DNA of 64,000 nucleotides from Planktothrix sp. GU0601_MAG3 (GCA_035193785.1 CP136572.1:3060578-3124577); one strand, 5' to 3'. Shown: positions 46,324 through 58,640, counted from the first letter of the stretch. Made by a program: numbers and translations. The notes: generated by a model not told the origin, from the letters alone.

Positions 46324-47469
46324 ATGACCGATATTCAACCTTTAAAAATTACCCTTCCCCCCTTACAAATTACCTTAAATGATGGGCAACAGGTCAGCTT
46401 GCAATGGCTTCCCCCATCACCTCTCGATGAGTCTCCCCAACATCCTGAACCTCCCCAACCTCCGCTTCCCGATGGTTGGAAAAAATGGGTGGCGGCTAAT
46501 AAGTTTCTGCATCAATCCGATGATGCTTTAATTGAATGTATGGTAAAAAATGGGATTGATGTTAAGTTAGCCGTTGAGGAAGTCACAAACCTCGCTAACC
46601 AACCCTATTTTCAAGCCGCACAAGAGGTTCTACAAAAGCAAGAAAAATTGGAATCTATTCTACAAATTAAAAATCAATTAGCAGCTTTAGGGTCTAATTA
46701 TCATAGTATTCCTCGAATTCCATTTTTATCCAAAGATGAATTTTTAGACCAATATTATTCCCAGAATAAACCCGTTATTTTGACAGGTATTATGAAAAAT
46801 TGGGCAGCAATGGAACGATGGACACCGGAATATTTCAAAGAAAACTATGGCAATGTTAGTATTCAAGTCCAGGGAAATCGCAACTCCGACCCGAATTATG
46901 AAATTAATTTAGAACAGCATCGAAAAACGATGTTATTTGGAGATTATATTGATTGGGTAGTGCGGGCGGGAGAAACCAATGATTACTATATGGTTGCCAA
47001 CAATAATACCCTGAATCGTGAAGAAATGCAGGGACTTTTTGAGGATATGGAGGTATTTCCCGAATATTTAGACTCAGCACAGAAGGTGGGAAAAACGTTT
47101 TTTTGGTTTGGTTCAGCAGGAACTGTTACTCCCTTACATCACGATACCATTAATATCTTTTTAGCTCAAGTTTCAGGACGAAAACTAATTAAAATGATTT
47201 CCCCGGAACAAACACCATTTATTTATAATAATATTGGGGTATTTAGTCCGATTGATCCGGCAAATCCTGACTATAATCGCTATCCATTATATCGAAATGT
47301 TCGCTCTATTGATGTGATTTTACACCCGGGGGAAGTAATTTTTCTTCCGGTGGGATGGTGGCATTATGTTAAATCTTTAGAAATGAGTATTTCCGTTTCC
47401 TTTATTAATTTTAAATTTCCTAATGATTATGATTGGAAAAACCCATCTTCAGTCAATAGTTATGGGTAG
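46324..47469 (+). CDS. JmjC / cupin_8 2-oxoglutarate-Fe(II) oxygenase
   Basis: NKPVILTG, WFGSAGTVTPLHHD, QVSGRK, PGEVIFLPVGWWHYV. Confidence 0.88.
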   Translation: MTDIQPLKITLPPLQITLNDGQQVSLQWLPPSPLDESPQHPEPPQPPLPDGWKKWVAANKFLHQSDDALIECMVKNGIDVKLAVEEVTNLANQPYFQAAQEVLQKQEKLESILQIKNQLAALGSNYHSIPRIPFLSKDEFLDQYYSQNKPVILTGIMKNWAAMERWTPEYFKENYGNVSIQVQGNRNSDPNYEINLEQHRKTMLFGDYIDWVVRAGETNDYYMVANNNTLNREEMQGLFEDMEVFPEYLDSAQKVGKTFFWFGSAGTVTPLHHDTINIFLAQVSGRKLIKMISPEQTPFIYNNIGVFSPIDPANPDYNRYPLYRNVRSIDVILHPGEVIFLPVGWWHYVKSLEMSISVSFINFKFPNDYDWKNPSSVNSYG

Positions 47470-47612
47470 GGAATGGGGAACAGGGAACAGGGAACAGGGA
47501 ACAGGGAACAGGGAACAGGGAATAGGGAACAGGGAACAGGGAACAGGGAATAGGGAACAGGGAACAGGGAACAATCTTAAACTGATAACTGATAACTGAT
47601 AACTGATGAATG
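47468..47612. repeat. STRR arrays (GGGAACA)n and (AACTGAT)n
   Basis: Tandem heptamers between convergent genes. Confidence 0.9.
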
Positions 47613-47613
47613 A

Positions 47614-49102
47614 TCACTGATTACTAATTATTCCCCGACGATAGATTTCTTTAGCATAATCTGTCCAGGTTCCCTGTCCCCAATAGCGAAAACAACTGGT
47701 TTGTAATAACAAATTGTACAATAATGCTTGTTGATAGTGAAATTCCTTAGTAATATTTGGGTTTTCTTTAACTAGAGAATCATACTTTTGGTGAAACGCA
47801 ATGCTTAATTGATTCATCGGTTCCAAAACATTTTCATACCCTTGAACCCAACTTAAATTATTCGTCCAAGATGCCCCCTCCATTTGAAATTGATGATCGG
47901 TTTGTTTTAAAATTGCGATCGCAGCTTCTAGCTTCTCCGGTGTCACTTGATTAGGATCAACCTTTTGCCAAATTTTATGCTGTTGAACCGCTTGACAAGC
48001 CGGGTAATCTTCTGGGTTTCACCCCCGCCGCTTCTAAAAGTTCTAAATATTCCGTTCCATTCATCGCCACAACCCCCTGATTTTGATCCCGCAATTCATA
48101 GAAAATCCGCAGGAAATCCCGGGGATATTCATTCATCATCACCCCGCCATTTTCCCCATCGGCAATTTGTGAAACTAGAGGCGGAATATTAACCCCAGAA
48201 ATAGATTGTTTTTCCTTGGTTTTTGCTTCAAAATAGGGCTGCATTTGGGCGACTAATTTAGTATCCGATCCCTGGGTTTTAATTAAAGCAATTATACTCA
48301 AGGTTTCCCCCTTAGAATTGCGGGCAACTAAGCGATTAGGAATATATTTTTGGTCGTGGGGTAATCCCAAACCCTCTAAGGTTTCAACGGAATGTTCCTG
48401 AACCAATAACCAACGATAACCGCAGGATTTTAAGGCTTTAATATACTCATATAAGGTATCAGGATGATTGGGGAAGTGCATTTCTGGAGGGGAAAAACCC
48501 TTAACTCGCTTTAAAGCATCTTCTCCAAAAATACTGGCAAAATGATGTTGCCAAGCCTGAATTTGGAGTAAAATATCAGGAATAGGAGTCGAAGGAATCA
48601 CCCCATGACTCCACATGGTTCCTAACCATTCTATATATGGTTGATAGTTTGGATCACAGGTAATTTTTTTCAGATCATTGAGAATATCATCTCGCCCCAT
48701 TTGGCGTAATCCCCATAACAAATTCCCCGAATAATCCAACATAATTCGAGGATTACATCCTTGGGAGATTAATTGAGGAATAAACTCTCCCATCCGACGA
48801 TAACACCAAGAAAAAACTTCCGCATTATGATTATCTCCTTCTTGGGGATGTTCAAACATATATTGCAGATTGCTAATTAATTCCCCATTAGCACCTGCTG
48901 GAATTGTCGGTTGATGAAAATGTAATCCACAGGCAAAACCTGCTTTAATTTGATCTAACTTTAGATTAGTTTGAGGCAAAAATATAGGATAATTATGATT
49001 AACCAGAGATTGAATTTCAGCTTCCCAGCCGCAAAAATTAGGAAGACCAGAACGCAAGTCTTCTAAAACGGGTAAAGGAGCCAAAAGGCTAGATTTTGTC
49101 AT
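47614..49102 (-). CDS. GH57-like glycoside hydrolase
   Basis: LHFHQP, GFSPPEM, ADGENGG, LQTSCFRYWG; extra base at 48016-48020. Confidence 0.8.
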
Positions 49103-49380
49103 AAAAATGAATCTTGAGCAATTGCCAGACAATAAAAATACAAATTTAATTATACTCTTGAACACAGATCCTAAAAAAACTTTTGATGCTTCGCCATATT
49201 CTGTCAGACTTGAGTAATCTGTTTAATCCGTATTCGATTTCACAAACTGGGGGTTTTAATTTTGACAACAAAACGTTATAATTCAGTCACCAGTTACCAG
49301 TTACCAGTTTAAAAATCAATAAATTAACTGTATACTCTTTAACTGATAACTGATAACTGATTACCGATTACTGATTTGGT

Positions 49381-51363
49381 ATGAGTATTAATTTTGGACG
49401 AGAAATTTGCGGTGATTTGCCCAGTGCAGAAACACGAGAATGGTTAGTCACTAATGGCATCGGTGGCTACGCTTCGGGAACAATAGCAGGCTTGCTGACA
49501 CGCCGTTATCATGGTTTATTAGTAGCAGCTTTAACCCCCCCATTAGGCAGGACTTTATTAGTCACAAAAATAGATGAAATTTTAGAATATCACCAACAAG
49601 TTTATCCCCTTTATACAAATCGTTGGAGAGGCGGCGCAATTAATGGCTATGGACATCATCATATTGAAAAGTTTTACTTAGATCGTACCGTACCAACCTG
49701 GAAATTTGCCTGCGCCGATGCCCTCCTAGAAAAACGGATTTGGATGCAGCCCGAGGCTAATATTACTTATGTTCGCTATAACTTAACTCGCGCGTCTGGG
49801 CCAGTCACCCTCACCTTCAAAGCCTTTGTCAATCATCGAGATTATCATAGCGATACCCATGCTGGGAATTGGAAAATGCAAGTGGAAGCGGTGGAAAATG
49901 GGATTTGTGTCACCGCCTTTCCCCAAGCCACTCCCTTCTATTTATTAACGGATCGGGCGACGGTACAACCTACCCATCAATGGTGTTATAACTTTGATTT
50001 AGCTAGGGAACGCGATCGCGGCCTCATGGATCACGAGGATCACCTCCATATTGCCACCTTCACCGCCACCTTGCATCCCGGGGAATCCCTATGTTTTGTC
50101 GCGAGTACGGAAGCTCGCCCCAGTTTGAACGGAGAAGCCGCCCTAGAAGTCCGTCGTACCTACGAACGCAAATTATTAGGATATTGGCAAGATAGCTGTC
50201 CCAGCAATATTAGGGAAGTGCCGGAATGGGTACAACAGTTGGTATTTGCCGCCGATCAATTTGTGGTAAATCGGGTTATGCCTGAAAATCCCATCGGTAA
50301 AACCATTATTGCTGGATACCCCTGGTTTGGGGATTGGGGACGGGACACCATGATTAGTTTACCCGGCATTACCATCACCACCGGACGCCTCCAAATTACC
50401 CGTGCCATCCTCTATACCTACTCCAAATATGTGAAGGAGGGAATGTTACCCAACCGTTTCCCCGACGAGGGAGAAACCCCGGACTATAACACCGTTGATG
50501 CGACCCTCTGGTATTTCGAGGCAATTCGTCAATATTATGACCTGACCGAAGATATTGATATTGTCGAAAATTTATTTCCCGTTCTGGCCGATATTATTCA
50601 ATATCACTGTCGCGGAACTCGCTATAATGTCCATCTCGATCCCGCCGATGGTTTACTGTACGCAGGGGAACAGGGATCGCAGTTAACCTGGATGGATGCC
50701 AAAATCGGCGATTGGGTTGTGACTCCCCGCATCGGGAAACCCGTGGAAATTAACGCCCTGTGGTATAACGCCCTGCGAATTATGGGGAAATTTGCCCGTC
50801 AAATCGGTAGACCCTATCAAGAATATGATGCCCTAGCCGATCGCGCCTTGGCTCGGTTTGAACGGTTCTGGAATCCTGAACTGGGCTATTGTTATGATGT
50901 GATTGATGGGATTTATGGCGATGATGCTTCCCTGCGCCCTAATCAAATTTTTGCCGTTTCCCTCCCCCATAGTGCCCTACACCACGAACAACAAAAATCC
51001 ATCGTTGAAACCTGCGGACGGTTTTTGTTAACATCATCAGGATTGCGATCTCTAGCCCCGAATCATTTTCACTATCGGGGATATTATGAGGGAAATCCAC
51101 TACAACGAGATAGCGCCTATCATCAAGGCACGGTTTGGGCTTGGCTGTTGGGCCCCTTTGTCATCGCCCATTTACGGGTGTTTCAAAATCCCAATATAGC
51201 GCGTAGTTTCCTGGAACCGATGATCAACCACCTAACCACGGGGGGACTGGGAACAATTAGCGAGATTTTTGATGGTAACGCCCCGATGCACCCCCGGGGT
51301 TGTATTGCCCAAGCCTGGTCGGTGGGAGAAATTCTGCGGGCTTGGTTGGCTACTGAACGTTAG
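49381..51363 (+). CDS. amylo-alpha-1,6-glucosidase (glycogen debranching family)
   Basis: EWLVTNGIGGY, AGYPWFGDWGRDT, LTWMDAK, YHQGTVW, AQAWSV. Confidence 0.92.
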   Translation: MSINFGREICGDLPSAETREWLVTNGIGGYASGTIAGLLTRRYHGLLVAALTPPLGRTLLVTKIDEILEYHQQVYPLYTNRWRGGAINGYGHHHIEKFYLDRTVPTWKFACADALLEKRIWMQPEANITYVRYNLTRASGPVTLTFKAFVNHRDYHSDTHAGNWKMQVEAVENGICVTAFPQATPFYLLTDRATVQPTHQWCYNFDLARERDRGLMDHEDHLHIATFTATLHPGESLCFVASTEARPSLNGEAALEVRRTYERKLLGYWQDSCPSNIREVPEWVQQLVFAADQFVVNRVMPENPIGKTIIAGYPWFGDWGRDTMISLPGITITTGRLQITRAILYTYSKYVKEGMLPNRFPDEGETPDYNTVDATLWYFEAIRQYYDLTEDIDIVENLFPVLADIIQYHCRGTRYNVHLDPADGLLYAGEQGSQLTWMDAKIGDWVVTPRIGKPVEINALWYNALRIMGKFARQIGRPYQEYDALADRALARFERFWNPELGYCYDVIDGIYGDDASLRPNQIFAVSLPHSALHHEQQKSIVETCGRFLLTSSGLRSLAPNHFHYRGYYEGNPLQRDSAYHQGTVWAWLLGPFVIAHLRVFQNPNIARSFLEPMINHLTTGGLGTISEIFDGNAPMHPRGCIAQAWSVGEILRAWLATER

Positions 51364-51383
51364 ATCGAGGGTCATGGAAAATC

Positions 51384-52107
51384 ATGGGTTTAAAGGCAGT
51401 TCTATTTGATTTTAATGGAATTATTATTAACGATGAGTCCATCCATGAGCAACTCATTGCTGAACTTTTGTTGACTGAAAACCTGCTTTCTAAACCTGAA
51501 GAAATTCGCAAATTTTCTTTGGGACGGAGCGATCGCGCCTGTTTAACCGACCTATTAACCTATCGGGGTCGCGTTGTCAGTAATGCTTATTTAGATCAGT
51601 TAATTGAACGGAAATCGATTAGCTATCGAAATTATTTAGAACAATTAGAACAACTTCCCCTCTATCCAGGTCTGGGGGATTTGCTTCAACAGTTGCAAGC
51701 CGCGGATCTGAAGTTAGGAATTGTCACCGGGGCGTTACGCGCGGAGGTGGAAACTGGTGTTAACTCGCAGTGGCCTGAAGGAGTATTTTCCCATGATTGT
51801 GGCCGGGGATGAGATTACCCTGAGCAAACCTGAACCCCAGGGCTATTTATTGGGCCTGCAACGATTAAATCAGGCCTACCCTGAGCTAAAAAATTTACAG
51901 CCATCGGAATGTCTGGCTTTAGAGGATGCCTATGTGGGGATTATGGCGGCTAGGCGGGCCGGAATGCAAGTTATTGGTGTGGCTCATACCTATCCCCTGC
52001 ATCTGCTGCAACGCTGGGCAAATTGGGCCGTTGATCGCTTCGGGGATCTGGAACTTGAGCGGATGCAAAAAATTTTTTTACAGGAACCTTTGCAATCTCA
52101 AGTTTAG
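51384..52107 (+). CDS. HAD family phosphatase
   Basis: FDFNG, SKPEP, LEDA; extra base at 51750-51754. Confidence 0.88.
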
Positions 52108-52171
52108 TTGTGTTAGAATATTAAATTGGAGTCAGAGATCATTCCTCACACTTTGATCCTTTGACTCGCAC

Positions 52172-52244
52172 GGGGAATTAGCTCAGTTGGTAGAGTGCTG
52201 CGATCGCACCGCAGAGGTCAGGGGTTCGAATCCCCTATTCTCCA
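52172..52244 (+). tRNA. trnA: tRNA-Ala(CGC)
   Basis: GGGGAAT/ATTCTCC acceptor stem, ctgcg-ATCGCAC-cgcag anticodon arm, GGTTCGAATCC T-arm. Confidence 0.95.
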
Positions 52245-52598
52245 TTGTTCTCGTTAATATGCTAAGATTAAAGCCGATCAAGTCCAGCTTGAAGTTTGAT
52301 CATACTGCCTGCCACATTCATTCTTTGTGTATAGCAACCTATTTTCTCCCGCGTTTGACCGTGGGAGGGGCATAGTCCCCATCTGAAAATTAATTTTTTT
52401 GAAAAAATCAGCCGATTTTCCTAGCCCTAGATAGAGGAAAAATCAAGAGAATTAAAGCTAATATTGATCACTCTCTAAAATGCTGACATTTCTTAAATCT
52501 AAATGAAAGTGATCATTTTGAGTCAATCAATATTAGTTCATAAGAGTCTGAGTTTGATCAAAACCTTAACGGGGTGGATTATCCGTCAAATTAAACTT

Positions 52599-54978
52599 AT
52601 GCAGCACCCATGTTCTAAAACTGAACAATCAGATATAATTGAACCAAAGTCAAACAATCATAAGTTCCTGAATCATTCTTTCCAAACTCAAGAACGGGTT
52701 GAACAACTCCTGGAAAATAGCCAAGTAGTGATTTTTAGTTGTCAACCCCAACCCGAATATCAAATAACGTTTATCAGTAACAATGTTAAAATTATATTAG
52801 GATATGATGTTGGTATATTGTTAAGAGAAAAGGATGTTTGGCATACCTATGTTCCATCTTCAGACCAAGATAAATGGCGGGATGCTTTTGTACAATTATT
52901 AGTTAAGGGGAACTATATTCATGAGGCTCAATTCTTACACGCTAACGGGAGTTTTTGCTGGTTACGAGTGGAAATGCGCCTGACTAAAGATGAAGGAGGA
53001 AATATTTCCGAAATCCTCGGTTATTTCGTCGATATCACGGCGCACAAAGAAGCAGAAATGCAACTATCAACCGCAGAAAATCGTTTAAAAACAGTGATTG
53101 AAACCGTTGGTAGTGGAATTACCTTGAGTGATAGAAAGGGTAATTTTTATATTTTTAATTCTAAAATGACAGAAATCACCGGATACTCTTTAGAAGATGC
53201 CCAATCTCATCCAGATTTTTTGGCCCTATTATATCCGAGTTCTAAATCCTATAGTCAAGCTCAAAACCGTTTAGAAAATGTGGCTTTAATGGGTTCAGTC
53301 TTTAATGCGGAAACTACAATTCCTACTAAAAATGGAGAGTTAAAAACCTTGCTTTTATCTACGGTAATGATGGAAGATCAGGAGAATCCGTTGTTTTTAT
53401 CGACGTTTCAAGATATTACTCCCCTCAAACGGGCCGAAAAAGCATTATGTCAAATGATTGTTCAAGAACATTTGATTTGGGAAATTACCCATAAAATTCG
53501 TCAGTCTTTGAATTTAGAGGATATTCTGAATACAACAGTCACGGAAGTTCAACAGTTACTTGAATGTGATCGGGTTTTTATTTATCGAATTTTTCCTAAT
53601 CGTCAAGGAAAAGTTATTGCGGAAACCAACTCTAATGAATTGTTAAAAACCCAACTATTGCAGACTCTTTTAATTCCTTTAGACTGCTATGAAAAATTTA
53701 GTCAAGGTCGGATTAGAGTTATGAATAATATTAATCATGATCCGACTGATTCAGAAATGTTTAAGGTGTTCAAACATTGGGGAATTGATTCTGCAATTAT
53801 TGTTCCTTTATTGGAAAGGAATCAACTGTGGGGACTTTTAATTGTTGATCAAAATCAGGGTTTACGCCATTGGTTAAAATGGGAGGCTAACTTATTGCGA
53901 CAAATCTCAGAAACAGGTGGGAATTGCTATTCAACAAAGTCAACTCTATCAAGAAACTCAAGATCAAGCCCATCGCGCCCAAATTTTAAATCAGGTGATT
54001 CAAGTGATTCGTCAGTCTTTAGACTTGGATACAATTTTTTCAACAGCTATTACTGAAGTTGTTAGTTTATTGGGTTTGGATAGGGCTTGTATTGTACAAT
54101 ATCTTGCCCAGCAAAAACAATGGCAAGAGGTGGCTTGCTTCGGTGATCATCACCATATTATTACTCCAGTTTTTCCTCCGATGCAAGAAACATCTTGTTT
54201 AGAAACTGATGCTTTTAATCTTCTTACTTCTGATGAAATTCAAGATTTAACCGGAATTTTAGGAAATTGGTTGCCAATTCCCCTGCGGGTGGGTTCGGAA
54301 ATTTGGGGCTGTTTGGGATTACTTAAACATCAAAATTTGAACGGTTGGAAAGAACCAGAAATTGAGTTAACTTCTGCCATAGCGGATCAATTAGCGATCG
54401 CAATTCAACAGTCTGAACTCTATCAAGAATTACAAGTTGCTAACCAACAATTACTACGCCTCGCCACCATTGATAGTTTAACTCAAGTTGCCAATCGTCG
54501 CCGTTTTGATCAATATCTGGAACAACAATGGCAAGATTTACAAGCGGAAAAAAGTTCTTTAGCTTTGATTTTATGTGATGTTGACTATTTTAAACAATAC
54601 AATGATTACTATGGACATCTTGCCGGAGATAGCTGTTTGCAAAAAGTCGCCCAAGCCCTTGAGAATATTCTACGAGATTCTGTGGATTTAGTCGCCCGAT
54701 ATGGGGGTGAAGAATTTGCAATTATTTTGCCAAATACTTCTGGGAGTGAGGCAATTAAGCGGGCGCAATATATTCAAAATGTGATTCTACAACTGCAATT
54801 ACCCCATGCCGATTCTAGGGTCGGTCAATGGCTGACTTTGAGTTTAGGAATAGCTTGTACCATCCCTTCCCATGGTATTCCCCCCTCTGCCCTAATTGGG
54901 GCCGCGGATCAGGCCTTGTATCAAGCGAAACAGCAGGGACGCGCCTGCTATTGTGTTCAGGAAGTGGCGACTACCTAA
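52599..54978 (+). CDS. PAS-PAS-GAF-GAF diguanylate cyclase
   Basis: DSLTQVANRR, CDVDYFKQYND, ARYGGEEF; extra base at 53910-53914; start could be 52503. Confidence 0.9.
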
Positions 54979-55116
54979 AATCTTCCACCCTAGGGAAGTA
55001 TCATTTTTGAGGCCGTTATGATAAAATACTGTCGTGATGAAATTTTGGGGACTGAGCGCTCTGTTGAACTGAAAGGGGGAGAGCGCTCTTTATTCTTTTT
55101 ATATTAGGGAACAGGG

Positions 55117-55345
55117 AATTACGAATTACGAATTACGGATAGGGATAGGGATGGGTAATGGGTAATGGGTAATGGGTAATGGGTAATGGGTAATGGGTAA
55201 TTGGTAATTGGTAATGGGTAATTGGTAATGGGTAATTGGTAATGGCAAGAGTGTACCTCCCCGCCTCCCCTGCTCCCCCTGCCTCCCCCTGCCTCCCCCT
55301 GCTCCCCCTGCCTCCCCCTGCTCCCCCTGCTCCCCCTGCTCCCCC
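55117..55345 (+). repeat. composite STRR array (AATTACG)n-(GGTAATG/T)n-core-(CTCCCCCTG)n
   Basis: Tandem units directly visible. Confidence 0.9.
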
Positions 55346-55349
55346 ATTG

Positions 55350-56446
55350 CTATATACCCTTTTCTTCTAGGGCTTTTAACAACAGTTTTCTCCTATTTGC
55401 TGACAACCGACTAATTTCATCCCCTCGGACATAATATCCCCAGTCCGATATCCCCAATCTAAGACTTTTAAAACCGCATTTTCTAGTTTATCCGCCGCCA
55501 CGGGTTGCTCTAAACCATAGCGCAACATCATCGCCGCGCTCAGGACTTGGGCAAGGGGATTAGCCTTATCCTGTCCCGCAATATCGGGGGCTGAACCGTG
55601 AACGGGTTCAAACACCCCAGGGCCAGATTCCCCTAGGCTGGCAGACGGTAACATCCCGATACTTCCGGTTAACATCGCCGCTGCATCGGAGAGAATATCG
55701 CCAAATAAATTCCCCGTCACAATCGTATCAAACTGTTTGGGGGCGCGAACCAACTGCATAGCCGCGTTGTCAACATATAAATGAGATAGCTCGACATCGG
55801 GGTATTCGGAGGCGAGTAAGATGATCCGATCGCGCCATAACTGAGAAACATCTAAGACATTTGCCTTATCCACAGAACAAAGTCTCCCCCGACGTTTGCG
55901 GGCGGTTTCAAACCCGACACGGCCAATCCGATCAATCTCAGATTCGGTGTAGGCCATCGTATTAACGCCCCGTTTTTCTCCGGTTTCCGTCTGAAAAATA
56001 CCCTTGGGTTGTCCGAAATAAATGCCCCCGGTGAGTTCACGAACAACCATAATATCCACCCCCTCAACTACTTCTTTTTTCAGAGAAGAAGCATCAATTA
56101 AATGGGGTAGGATGGTAGCAGGACGCAAATTAGCAAATAATTTTAATCCCGCGCGTAACCCTAACAATCCGGTTTCTGGCCGTTGATGGCGGGGTAAATT
56201 GTCCCATTTGTATCCCCCAATCGCCGCTAACAGCACCGCATCACTTTTGAGACATTGTTCTAAGGTTTCTGGCGGCAGAGGTTCTCCGGTGGCATCAATG
56301 GCCGCCCCTCCCATCAAGGCTTGATGAAAATTGAAGGTAATATTCAGTTGCTTGCCAACGACTTTTAACGCATCGACCGCCACCGCTATAATTTCAGGGC
56401 CGATTCCATCGCCAGGAAGGAGAGTAATGCGGTAGTTTTGACTCAT
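55350..56446 (-). CDS. leuB: 3-isopropylmalate dehydrogenase
   Basis: [40 protein letters not shown]; removing two bases at 55385-55390 gives [13 protein letters not shown] (end uncertain). Confidence 0.95.
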
Positions 56447-56643
56447 AATCCAAGGAAAGATAGTAACAAAACAGATTGGGTTAGACGAGGGTGAACCGGG
56501 TTAGCGATCGCCCAACCTTTAAATATAGCATTATTTTATCAAAAAGTAAGATTTTTAGTTTAAGATAGAAGATAGGAAATCAAGTATTTTTAGATAACAG
56601 ATTTTATAACTCGACCGACAACGGAATTAAGGAGGACAAGAAT

Positions 56644-57118
56644 ATGACCTATAAAAAAATTTTAGTATCAATTGATCGGACTCCCCAAGCAGAGTTTGTT
56701 TTTCATCAAAGTTTACAACTAGCCAAACTGTACGGAAGTGAGTTAAAACTGTTTCATTGCATTAGTGTATCACCGATGATTTTGGGTTCTCCCGGGGATT
56801 TATATGGTCAACGGTTAAATCAAGTGGCACAAATTCAACATGAATTAATTGAAAAAGAAATTAATGAAGTCTCTGGATGGTTAGCCACCTTTGTTAGTTA
56901 TGCCCAACAGCAAGGAGTTTCTATTGAAACTGAATATCAAGTGGGAGAAGCGGGATATTGGATAAGAGAAATGACCCAAAAATGGGGTGCTGATTTAGTG
57001 ATTGTGGGGAGACGCAACCGTTTCAGGGTTGGCAGAATTGTTTTTAGGAAGTGTGAGTAATTATGTCGTTCATCATGTTAAATGTTCCGTATTAATTGTG
57101 CAGCAACCTGAAGATTAA
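56644..57118 (+). CDS. universal stress protein
   Basis: YKKILV; ADLVIVGRRNRSGLAELFLGSVSNYV restored at 57020-57024. Confidence 0.9.
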
Positions 57119-57371
57119 AAGGGTTAATTTTAACTCATTGTAGAGACGAGCTACGGCGCGTCTCTCTCTGGGTTTCTATAGCACTACGCATTAAAGTTAG
57201 GACACTTCTAAAGCCAGCAAACTCATTCACTGCTTACTGTTCTTTGTTCCGGTGTTCCCTGTTCCCTATTCCCTGTAGCACTAATTAAAGGATGGAATAT
57301 AAAAAACCTGATTTCTTAATCAGAAACCAGGTTAGGTATGAACAAAAAACTAAAACTAAGCAACGTTAAAA

Positions 57372-57758
57372 CTATTTAACCGAAGCTTTAGCACCAGCTT
57401 CTTCAAGTTTTTTCTTGGTGTTTTCAGCATCATCTTTATTAGTAGCCTGTTTAACCGCTTTAGGTGCTGCTTCCACTAAATCTTTAGCTTCTTTCAGACC
57501 TAAACCAGTCAGTTCACGCACCACTTTCAGAACTGCAATTTTCTTATCAGCAGGGAATTCTTCCAGGATGACATCAAATTCGGTTTTTTCTTCAACTTCT
57601 TCCACAGGAGCCGCCGCACCAGGAGCAGCAATTGCTACGCCCACGGGAGCCGCCGCGCTCACACCAAAAGCTTCTTCAATTTGTTTGACTAATTCAGACG
57701 CTTCTAACAGCGTTAAAGATTTCAGTTGTTCCAGAATTTGATCAGTAGTTGCAGACAT
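57372..57758 (-). CDS. rplL: 50S ribosomal protein L7/L12
   Basis: [26 protein letters not shown]. Confidence 0.98.
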   Translation of the reverse strand: MSATTDQILEQLKSLTLLEASELVKQIEEAFGVSAAAPVGVAIAAPGAAAPVEEVEEKTEFDVILEEFPADKKIAVLKVVRELTGLGLKEAKDLVEAAPKAVKQATNKDDAENTKKKLEEAGAKASVK

Positions 57759-57822
57759 TTCTTAAACTCCTAGACAATGTAACGGTTTGTGTTTGAGACT
57801 CGTAGCCAAAGCCAGATGAAAA

Positions 57823-58373
57823 CTAAGCAGCTTCGTCATTTGAGCCATCTTGATCTTTTTCCACATAGGCGTTAAGCGCCCGTGCCAAAGACCCTGGAAC
57901 CTCGTTGATACCGACGGCCAATTTGGTTGCCACACCATTGATAGCCCCAGCAATTTGAGCCATAAGTTGCTCTTTGGAGGGTAAATCTCCTAAAGCTTTA
58001 ACGTCACTTTCACTCAGCAGCTTGCCTTCCATGACGCCGCCGCGAACTTCCGTCTTTTTAGAAGCCTTTTGGAACGCTTGGTAGGCTTTAATAGCACTAC
58101 CGAAGTCTTCCTTAACTAATAAAAAGGCGTTAGAAAACCCTTGAGCAACTCATTCAACGGTTGCCAGTTGCTCTGACCTTCTATGGCGATTCGCATTAAG
58201 GTGTTTTTTGTTACCTTGCAAACACTACCCGAAGGACGAAGCTGTTGCCGTAAATTGGTGATTTCCGCAACGGACAAGCCGCTGTAGTCAATCACAATAG
58301 CCAGTTGTGAATCTTTAAGGGTTTCCTTAAGTTCGGCAACAATTTCTTGTTTATTTTCTAGGGTTCTTCCCAT
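57823..58373 (-). CDS. rplJ: 50S ribosomal protein L10
   Basis: [28 protein letters not shown] restored by removing 2 bases at 58133-58138. Confidence 0.95.
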
Positions 58374-58483
58374 TCTTGTTGAACCTCCTTATAGCATTGC
58401 AGTCCACTTCCATCTCCCCAAGGTGATGTGATGACCCACAATGGTTGACTCCTTCCCCGATTAAACAGCAGCGATTTCGCCAT

Positions 58484-58640
58484 AAAAAACCTCGGTTCTC
58501 TCACCGAGGTCAAGACTTAAAACTTAAACATAAATCATCCACACAGACAGATTAATGAGGTCTGTAACCTGATTGTTTAGCTTTAAACTTATTGAACCTC
58601 GGCAGGAAATTAAGCGTTTCGCCCCTGCTGTCTGCGGTGA
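58484..58640 (-). promoter_or_regulatory. L10 leader with downstream hairpin
   Basis: Minus strand ccgcagacagcagg...ttaa...cctgccgagg; acctcgg/ccgaggt hairpin followed by U-run before rplJ. Confidence 0.7.

Noticed and set aside
52172..52375. tRNA-Ala as an island attachment site, and ORF 52187..52375
   Set aside because: No integrase or duplicated tRNA 3' end seen; the ORF overlaps the tRNA.
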